From the IMG/VR virus record IMGVR_UViG_3300045988_138394: a DNA stretch of 12,959 bases, one strand, 5' to 3'. The translations under genes and the position numbers were made by a program. Position 1 is the stretch's first letter. Every line of letters starts with the position of its first letter. The notes beneath the pieces are model-generated. The model did no database searches. It was not told where the DNA came from and was given only the letters and a program-made list of their open reading frames with translations. This document shows positions 12,744 to 12,959 of the stretch, piece after piece. The stretch comes from a virus.

Positions 12744-12959
12744 TACAATTTGTACACAATGCGCAAACAAACCGCACTTTTTTGCTAGATATTGGAAATT
12801 GTGCAATGTGCATAAATTCAGCGGTGATTTTTTGTTGATGTTGCACTATTGACAAATTGGGCTTTTGTGTATCTTGCATAGTTTTTGAGCTTTATTTTTG
12901 TGTAATTTGCCTATTGACACGCATGGCCTTTGTGTATCTTGCATAAAAATCATGGGGGA
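12744..12959. repeat. Right inverted terminal repeat (216 bp)
   Basis: Exact reverse complement of 1..216. It ends in ...CATGGGGGA, mirroring the 5' TCCCCCATG at position 1. Confidence 0.95.

Noticed and set aside
1-12959. A search for integrase or lysogeny genes, tRNAs, attachment sites, or defence systems such as toxin-antitoxin or restriction-modification genes
   Set aside because: No ORF shows integrase, recombinase or repressor motifs that I can recognise, and I found no cloverleaf-like tRNA sequence. The genome looks strictly lytic, with all space taken by the two operons.

Overview
The window appears to be a complete linear genome (12,959 bp) of a very small phi29-like, protein-primed podovirus. 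It is bounded by perfect 216-bp inverted terminal repeats (ITRs) that end exactly at the window edges. Two convergent operons meet at a bidirectional terminator near 7.40 kb. The plus-strand late operon (417..7394) encodes a family-4 holin, a stand-alone peptidoglycan-binding protein, a putative scaffold with a Pro/Ala repeat, and a gp8-like major capsid protein. It continues with a gp9-like tail knob, a gp13-like tail lysozyme, a gp10-like portal, a probable lower collar and two fibre/appendage genes that share an N-terminal motif. The minus-strand early operon (12668..7442) encodes five small unknown proteins, two of them paralogs and the first strongly acidic. These are followed by a gp16-like encapsidation ATPase, a putative terminal protein, a family-B protein-primed DNA polymerase and an SSB-like protein with its own consensus promoter. 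I saw no integrase, tRNA or CRISPR. Strong GGAGG-type ribosome-binding sites and the holin and cell-wall-binding families suggest a Gram-positive (Firmicutes) host; this is inference. All homology calls come from motif recognition by eye and from recollection of phi29 proteins, and need HHpred/BLAST confirmation. The items most worth follow-up are the ITR architecture, a promoter-proximal three-way-junction RNA upstream of the holin, a lysis cassette with no catalytic endolysin, the duplicated fibre anchor with a 108-bp tandem repeat, and the uncharacterised early genes.
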